From Spirochaetota bacterium (GTDB lineage: Bacteria > Spirochaetota > Spirochaetia > DSM-27196 > PWMO01): a DNA stretch of 57,620 nucleotides. The stretch spans positions 1 to 57,620 of the forward strand of contig JAAAOH010000318.1 of the NCBI GenBank assembly GCA_009908925.1. The letters run 5' to 3'. The position numbers and the translations under genes were made by a program. The notes under the pieces were generated by a model. The model saw nothing but the letters and a program-made list of their open reading frames with translations. It was not told the DNA's origin and ran no database searches. Position 1 is the first letter of the stretch. Each line of letters starts with the position of its first letter. This document shows, piece after piece, positions 52,605-57,620 of this stretch.

Positions 52605-53720
52605 CTACATTGACCGTGCTTCTTCGACGGTGGTCGGTATGTCCATCTCGCCGGAAATGATGACCTCCTCCACCTCCTCGAGTCGCCCTATCGTGTCGGC
52701 GGTCAGCAGGCTTTCAGTGTACCCGAGCGCACCTTCTTCCACGCCGAGGGTGTTCACGCCGCCCTCGAAGTCGCCTGCGAGAGTCGTCTCGATGGCGATG
52801 AACATCGTCTCGTCGACAAACTTCATTCCGTTCGTCAGGACGTGTCCCGGCGCGACACTGCCCTGGTCGGAGTCCGCGCCGATGCCGTAGACACCGCGCT
52901 CCATTGCAGCATCGAGGACGCCGAGTCCCGAACGGCCCGCGGCGCCCCATACGACGTCAGCACCGTTTTCGATCATCGAGATGGCGATCTCCTTTCCACG
53001 TGCGGGGTCGGCCCAGCTGCCGACGTACCCGTGCGCAACCGATACATCTTCGTTTATGTACTTCGCCCCGGCGATGTAACCGGCTATGTTGGCATCGATC
53101 AGCGGGCTCTGTACACCGCCGATGACCGCCACCTGCCCGGCATCGTTCGTCATCTCGTATGCGTCGTTCTGTGTTACGAGCGCAGCCGCGGCTCCCATGA
53201 GGAACCCGCGCTCCTGCTCGGCATAGGTGTAGGAAGCCACGTTCGGCTGGTCGACAACCGTGTCGATGATAGCGAAGTTCTGATCGGGGAACTCCTGCGC
53301 TACAGCCCCGAGCGCGTCGCCCTGCTCGAACCCGATCGACACGATCAGGTCATACTGTCCCTGAGCGGCAAACTGGGTGAGAAGCGGCTCGAACTCCGCA
53401 ACGGCCTGGGGCTCCGCATAGTCGAACTCGACACCGAGCTCCTCGTTGGCCATTTCGAGACCGCGGAACGCCGCGTCGTTGAACGACTCGTCTCCGAGAC
53501 CTCCGCGGCCGAACACGACCGCTACGCTGCCGGCGGGCTCTGCGGCTTCCGCGCCGGCATCTTCAGTCTCGGCATCCTCTGCTTCAGCAGCCTGATCTTC
53601 CGTGCCGTCTTCCTGGGCGCAGCCCACAAAGACGCCCGACACGGCTATGAGCGCGAGCAGAATCAGGAGCACGACGGCAGATCCGCCACGCATGCCTCTC
53701 CGTGTTCGATGAAACCTCAT
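52605..53720 (-). CDS. BMP-family ABC transporter substrate-binding lipoprotein
   Basis: Signal peptide with lipobox (VFVGC). An acidic Ala/Glu/Asp linker is followed by the Bmp/PnrA-like body (VAVVFGRGGLGDESFND..., IGFEQGDA, AVIGGVQSP). Confidence 0.88.
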   Translation of the reverse strand: MRFHRTRRGMRGGSAVVLLILLALIAVSGVFVGCAQEDGTEDQAAEAEDAETEDAGAEAAEPAGSVAVVFGRGGLGDESFNDAAFRGLEMANEELGVEFDYAEPQAVAEFEPLLTQFAAQGQYDLIVSIGFEQGDALGAVAQEFPDQNFAIIDTVVDQPNVASYTYAEQERGFLMGAAAALVTQNDAYEMTNDAGQVAVIGGVQSPLIDANIAGYIAGAKYINEDVSVAHGYVGSWADPARGKEIAISMIENGADVVWGAAGRSGLGVLDAAMERGVYGIGADSDQGSVAPGHVLTNGMKFVDETMFIAIETTLAGDFEGGVNTLGVEEGALGYTESLLTADTIGRLEEVEEVIISGEMDIPTTVEEARSM

Positions 53721-53767
53721 GTAAACCTCCTGTCGGCGGAATAGTGCCGCCGCATTTCTGTAAGAAT

Positions 53768-53818
53768 ATGCACGAAAAGCCGCTTTCTGTCGCTATTTAT
53801 GCAGAAAGATTCGTGCAT
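53768..53818 (-). promoter_or_regulatory. AT-rich structured element between punA and the binding-protein gene (terminator/attenuator or unknown leader element)
   Basis: On the transcribed strand, AUGCACGAA...UUCGUGCAU (9 bp) encloses CUUUCUG...CAGAAAG (7 bp), followed by AUAUUCUU. A second small hairpin (53734-53752) lies next to the GGAGG RBS. Confidence 0.3.
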
Positions 53819-53822
53819 TTTT

Positions 53823-54671
53823 CTACTCGGATTCGCCAAGAACAGTGGCCGCGACGCCGTCGAGGAAGGGGCGCAGTCGCGGAATCGCGTTTCTGGCCAC
53901 CTCGAGCACCTCTTCTCCGGACAGTTTCTTCCCGGCAAGGCCCGCCGCGCGGTTGGTAACCAGGGACAGGCCGACCACCTCGGCCCCCGCCTCGCGGGCG
54001 GCAATTGCCTCGAGGACGGTGGACATTCCCACCATGTCCGCACCGAGGCGGTGCATCATCTCGATCTCGGCCGGTGTTTCGAACGCAGGTCCGTACCACC
54101 CGGCGTACACCCCTTCGCCGATACCGGGGTTCTTGGCCGCAATGGCCTCACGAAGACGCGGTGAGTAGGTATCGGTGAGATCGACGAAGCGTGCGCCGAT
54201 GAGCGGGGTGCGGGCCGTAAAGTTGATGTGGTCACGAATGAGCGCGGGTTCCCCGATGGGGAGATCGGCGTTGAGTCCGCCGCACGCGTTGCTGAGGACG
54301 ACCGTATGAGCACCGGCGGCGATAGCTGTGCGAACGCCGTGGGCGACAGCCAGTGGACCGTAGCCTTCGTACAGGTGTGTGCGACCGAAGAAGACGAGAA
54401 GTTTCTGATCGCCACGTACGACGATCCGGATCGTACCTGCGTGGCCCGCAGCCGAGGGTGCAACGAAGCCCGGGAGATCCGTCATCGGGAGCTCGGCAGC
54501 CGTCTCTCCGAGCGAGTCGGCCGCCTCTTTCCAGCCGGATCCCATGACGAACAGGGCATCAGCACGATCCAGATTCAGCCTGGCGCACAGCTCTTTTCCC
54601 GCGGTCGCAGCGATCCGTTGCGCCTCGCGGGCGTCGGCTTCCGGATTCGTCTCCGTCCACATGGTGAACAC
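53823..54671 (-). CDS. punA: purine nucleoside phosphorylase (trimeric PNP/PunA type)
   Basis: GSGW, S..GH.G, GR.H.YEG, LSNA.GG.N, GPA.ETPAE and GAD.VGMS.V.E..AAR motifs. 282 aa. Confidence 0.88.
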   Translation of the reverse strand: MFTMWTETNPEADAREAQRIAATAGKELCARLNLDRADALFVMGSGWKEAADSLGETAAELPMTDLPGFVAPSAAGHAGTIRIVVRGDQKLLVFFGRTHLYEGYGPLAVAHGVRTAIAAGAHTVVLSNACGGLNADLPIGEPALIRDHINFTARTPLIGARFVDLTDTYSPRLREAIAAKNPGIGEGVYAGWYGPAFETPAEIEMMHRLGADMVGMSTVLEAIAAREAGAEVVGLSLVTNRAAGLAGKKLSGEEVLEVARNAIPRLRPFLDGVAATVLGESE

Positions 54672-54741
54672 CTCCGTTGGCTCGTCCGGGGAGTGTAGGC
54701 GCCCTCGGTCCGCCCGTCAAGACAAACCGTTACCGAAACCC

Positions 54742-55287
54742 TTATGTTCCGCGGCGCGTTTTCTCTTCGGGTCGGGTGAGTCGGATGATGAGGTCGGCTT
54801 CCTCCGGATAGGAGGCGACGAGCGCCGTGCGTTCACCGCCCTCGTAGTCGGTCTCCGTGAATCCCGGCGCCATGGTCGTCCCGATGAGCGCATACTCGCC
54901 ACCCGGGGAAAGATAGGAGCCCTGCCAGACGCCGGCGGGGACCGTGAACTGCACGTGCTGCCCCGCGCGAAGGTCCTGCCCGAGGGTTGCTCGCGAGCTC
55001 GAGCCGTCGGGATGGAGCAGCAGCGTATGCACCGGGTCGCCGAGGTAGAAGTGAAAGATCTCGTCCGTCGGCAGGCGGTGCAGCGCCGAGAACCCGCCCC
55101 GATCCGGTGTTATGAGGTAGTAAATGGCGGTGCCGGCGGGCTTCTCCTGCGAATAGCTGCCGCCGAGGGCTTCCGGCGTCAGTATCCGTGTGGAACGATA
55201 GCTCTGCCGGTAGCGGCCGCCTTCCACCGGCAGCGGCTCCAGGCCGAGGATCTCGATGAGCTCAGCCGCGCTCGGTCGGTGTGCCAT
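54742..55287 (-). CDS. cupin, DUF985 (Cupin_5) family
   Basis: LGLEP.P.EGG.Y...Y.S, T.IYYL......S..HRL..DEI.H.Y.G.P and VP.G.W pattern. 181 aa. Confidence 0.72.
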   Translation of the reverse strand: MAHRPSAAELIEILGLEPLPVEGGRYRQSYRSTRILTPEALGGSYSQEKPAGTAIYYLITPDRGGFSALHRLPTDEIFHFYLGDPVHTLLLHPDGSSSRATLGQDLRAGQHVQFTVPAGVWQGSYLSPGGEYALIGTTMAPGFTETDYEGGERTALVASYPEEADLIIRLTRPEEKTRRGT

Positions 55288-55291
55288 TGCT

Positions 55292-56095
55292 CTAAAACAG
55301 CGGGCGGCTCGTCACACCGCCGTCTACGACGAGGTTCGCCCCCGTGATCCAACGCGCAGCGGGCGAAGCGAGGAACAGGACCGCGTCACCGATATCCTCC
55401 GGGGTTCCGAGGCGCTCGAGTGGTGCGGCCGCCTTCCACCGCGCCACACCGTCGGGCCAGGCCTCCTCGATTCCGTCGCGAGCGATGAGCCCGGGGGAAA
55501 CGGCGTTCACGCGTATCGGGGCGAGCTCGAGCGCCGAGGCCTTCGTGTAGGTTATGACACCACCCTTTGCAGCGTTGTAGTGACTGTGCCGCCAGGCGGG
55601 CTGAAGGCCTTCGATGCTCGCAATGTTCACGATGCTGCCGCCGGGACGTACGCCCGGCGCTCCGTCTGCGAGCCGGGATTTCATCCGGGCCGCTACCTGC
55701 TGCGTGCAGAGGAATACGCTGCGGAGGTTCGCGTTCATCATCTCGTCCCATTGCTCGGCGGTCATTTCCTCAAGCGGCGCCAGCGGATAGATGCCGGCGT
55801 TGTTCACCAGTATCGAAACGGGGCCGAGCTGCGCCTCGACATCGGAAACCAGCGCCTTCACAGCGTCGGCGTCGGTGACGTCGGCCTTCACCGGCAGGGC
55901 CCGGCGGCCGTAGCCCTCGATTTCCCGCGCGACCGTTGCGGCGCCGGCCTCGCTGTTGCGGAAATGCACCGCGACATTCGCACCGGCCTGGCCGAGACGG
56001 CGCGCGATGCCTGCACCGATGCCGGTCCCAGCGCCCGTGACGAGCGCCGTTTCTCCGCTCAAGTCGAGCAGTCTCTGTGGTTCAGGTAGATGCAT
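55292..56095 (-). CDS. short-chain dehydrogenase/reductase (FabG-like)
   Basis: TGAGTGIG cofactor motif, NNAG and the YNAAK catalytic motif. 267 aa. Confidence 0.88.
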   Translation of the reverse strand: MHLPEPQRLLDLSGETALVTGAGTGIGAGIARRLGQAGANVAVHFRNSEAGAATVAREIEGYGRRALPVKADVTDADAVKALVSDVEAQLGPVSILVNNAGIYPLAPLEEMTAEQWDEMMNANLRSVFLCTQQVAARMKSRLADGAPGVRPGGSIVNIASIEGLQPAWRHSHYNAAKGGVITYTKASALELAPIRVNAVSPGLIARDGIEEAWPDGVARWKAAAPLERLGTPEDIGDAVLFLASPAARWITGANLVVDGGVTSRPLF

Positions 56096-56117
56096 CGTGA
56101 CAGGGTAGCATGGTCCG

Positions 56118-56405
56118 ATGATATTCGGAAACGGTGCGCCTCCTGCCTATGTGATGCAGTACGCAATCGAAGCCTCCGTCACGGAGGTGACCGTCGGGCA
56201 CGTCACCGAGAACCCGCTCGACACCCTCGAGCGCGCAATGCACGTGCAGAAGCACTGGATACGTTCGGCCCACAACGTCTCGGTCACCGTGACCGTGAAA
56301 GAGCGCGAGTGGGATGATGTCGGACGCCGGATGTGGATAACACTTTGCTGCAGGGTGAGATTGCCTGATCCGTCGGCACCTGCTGGTACTCGGCCGCCGC
56401 ACCAC
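56118..56405 (+). pseudogene. nrdJ: decayed 3' fragment of a class II ribonucleotide reductase gene (nrdJ remnant)
   Basis: 56205-56336 aligns to 7484-7636 of the intact nrdJ and 56336-56400 aligns to 7788-7860 (roughly 80% identity by eye). The fragment carries a ~21-nt deletion, a ~151-nt deletion and TGA in place of the first tail cysteine codon. Translation reads ENPLDTLERAMHVQKHWIR...NVSVTV..KEREWDDVGR.MW. Confidence 0.75.
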
Positions 56406-56417
56406 GCGAGGGTCTGC

Positions 56418-56849
56418 CTATCCGGTGAGCGGGTTTTCCCATCGCACGCCCTCGAAGCGCGCGAAGTCGGTGTCGGTGGAGTAGACCGTTGCCTGGTACT
56501 CGATGGCGATGGCGGCGATGACGGCATCCGTCAGCAGGTTTGCTCCAGTGCCCGCGCGCTCGAGCAGGTGGCGAAGCAGCTCCATATGCCGGGGGCCCGG
56601 ACCGATGAAGGAAACAGGCGGTGCCGAGAGCCATGCTTCGACGTCATCGACCGCGACGTCCGGTTGCAGCGGATGAGTCATGACCCGCGGGTGCGTCATG
56701 AGACGGACGTACCCGTGCGCAGCAACATACGTTAATCCGACCGGTTCCCGCGCCGACAGTACCGATTCCCACCATCGCCGCGCATCGTCGTGAAAGCGCG
56801 CGGACGCGGTGTAGGCGTAGACGAGGAGATTGACGTCCGGAACGATCAC
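56418..56849 (-). CDS. vapC: PIN-domain toxin VapC
   Basis: MIVPDVNLLVYA start with the first acidic residue, LTDA.IAAIAIE and YSTDTDF motifs. 4-nt overlap with the upstream antitoxin gene. Confidence 0.85.
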   Translation of the reverse strand: MIVPDVNLLVYAYTASARFHDDARRWWESVLSAREPVGLTYVAAHGYVRLMTHPRVMTHPLQPDVAVDDVEAWLSAPPVSFIGPGPRHMELLRHLLERAGTGANLLTDAVIAAIAIEYQATVYSTDTDFARFEGVRWENPLTG

Positions 56850-57163
56850 TGCGTTTTACCTGTCTGTGGCCTGTATTCACCCGAGGTCTCTGCGGCCGCA
56901 TCCTGTGCCTCGAGCTCGTCGATGAGCTGATGAAGCCGCCGAGGGTCGACGCCCGGCTTGAGACCGATCGTATGGGGTATCACGGTAAACGGGCGTCCTT
57001 CGGTTTGTATCGGCGCATTCAGCCCGGCCCGCAGCACATCATTTACCGTCTTTTTGAATGATCGGTCCGTCAGGCGCGAGAGCTCCCGCAAGCGCGCCGC
57101 CACATCCTCATCGAGCGTCAGGGTGGTTCTCACATAAACATCTTGATGTCCATGCGGGGGCAT
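56846..57163 (-). CDS. vapB: ribbon-helix-helix antitoxin (VapB-type)
   Basis: RTTLTLDEDVAARLRELS is an RHH-type N-terminus. 105 aa. Translationally coupled to vapC. Confidence 0.72.
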   Translation of the reverse strand: MPPHGHQDVYVRTTLTLDEDVAARLRELSRLTDRSFKKTVNDVLRAGLNAPIQTEGRPFTVIPHTIGLKPGVDPRRLHQLIDELEAQDAAAETSGEYRPQTGKTQ

Positions 57164-57187
57164 GCCAAGATGTTAGTGATGCCAACG

Positions 57188-57510
57188 TCATTGAAAACGA
57201 AGGGACGACGAACCGGCGGCACGCATGAAGGCGTCGGTTGTGCCGACCACTGAAGCCGCGCTCATCGTTTCGGCAATTCGGTCAGCAACCGTGCGGCGCC
57301 ATGCGGCAGCGTCCGTTTCGGCACTGTCGGCGCGGGTAGGCCTCTGATTCGAAAGCGAAGCGCGTTTCCGCCGAGGAATGCCCACGTCGAGAAGGCTCCC
57401 GCACGCTGTAGCGCCTCGAGCACGCGCGCCTGGAGGTACTCATGAACGATGAGTCCTGCTTCGGCGGTGGTTGAAGATTGAGAAACGAGCTCGTGTAGAT
57501 GGTCTTTCAT
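57188..57510 (-). pseudogene. truncated/frameshifted AbiEii-like nucleotidyltransferase toxin fragment
   Basis: The N-terminus (IVHEYLQARVLEAL...FLGGNALRF) resembles the AbiEii/AbiGii start. The frame breaks near 57385 and continues in another frame (RADSAETD, a possible remnant of the R.SEDIDF motif). It ends after about 100 codons, against about 250-300 in intact members. Confidence 0.45.
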
Positions 57511-57620
57511 CGGATCTCGCCTCCCTCCTCCACGAGCTGTGAGACGATGCCCACCGCGCGCTCGATTTTGGGCGATGCGAACCGCCGGGTCATCCGCGAC
57601 AATGTAGCACTGTCGAGGTT
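57507..57620 (-). CDS. 3' end of an upstream gene (possible AbiEi-like antitoxin), partial at the window edge
   Basis: Open frame ...NLDSATLSRMTRRFASPKIERAVGIVSQLVEEGGEIR ending in an ATGA overlap with the AbiEii-like fragment. Too short for a family call. Confidence 0.3.
   Translation of the reverse strand, partial: NLDSATLSRMTRRFASPKIERAVGIVSQLVEEGGEIR

Noticed and set aside
53721-53822. Purine (guanine/adenine/xanthine) riboswitch in the leader of the nucleoside ABC operon
   Set aside because: Only a nested two-helix hairpin is present. There is no P2/P3 loop-loop arrangement and no conserved junction sequences (UAUAAU...CCGACUA type). It is kept as an unexplained structured element instead.
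1-57620. Window-wide look for CRISPR arrays, tRNA/rRNA genes, IS elements, integrases, recombinases and in-frame TGA (selenocysteine) interruptions in the Mo-enzyme genes
   Set aside because: None found by eye. Non-coding gaps are all under 145 nt and lack tRNA-like T-arm sequences or spaced direct repeats. No transposase or integrase-like translation appears in any frame. The hydroxylase genes read through without internal stops.

Overview
High-GC (about 65%) bacterial chromosomal segment with tightly packed operons, many with ATGA or GTGA start/stop overlaps. No rRNA, tRNA, CRISPR array, transposase or integrase was recognised. Left edge (1-7.9 kb): a ribose-type ABC importer (rbsB, rbsA, rbsC), a low-GC cupin gene, an MFS transporter and a monomeric class II (B12-dependent) ribonucleotide reductase. 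Core (7.9-47 kb): a very large purine/urate catabolic neighbourhood. It holds three separate molybdenum hydroxylase systems: xdhA plus Fe-S plus FAD subunits, and two XdhD-type Fe-S/Moco fusions. It also holds the ygeW, ygeY, ssnA, ygfK, xdhD and carbamate kinase gene set known from the E. coli ygeW/ygfK loci. A complete uricase route is present too: OHCU decarboxylase, uricase, HIU hydrolase, allantoinase, allantoate amidohydrolase and ureidoglycine aminohydrolase. The core further contains Moco maturation genes (XdhC family, MocA, a P-loop NTPase), a siderophore/B12-type ABC importer and a BMP-family nucleoside ABC importer. Right part (48-56 kb): an alpha/beta hydrolase, a second BMP-family ABC importer, purine nucleoside phosphorylase, a DUF985 cupin and an SDR. 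Right edge: a decayed 3' fragment of a second ribonucleotide reductase gene, a vapBC toxin-antitoxin pair and AbiE-like remnants. Points worth a second look: (1) a KARI-fold paralogue with altered catalytic motifs inside the allantoin operon; (2) allantoate amidohydrolase with no stop codon, one base out of frame with the OHCU decarboxylase at a G4 run; (3) the nrdJ 3' remnant in direct orientation about 48.7 kb from the intact gene, bracketing the whole catabolic region; (4) a YgfK homologue with a vestigial nucleotide-binding module; (5) several decayed purine genes; (6) unusual PLP enzymes where ygeX would be expected. All family assignments come from reading the translations against remembered homologues. 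No database search was run.
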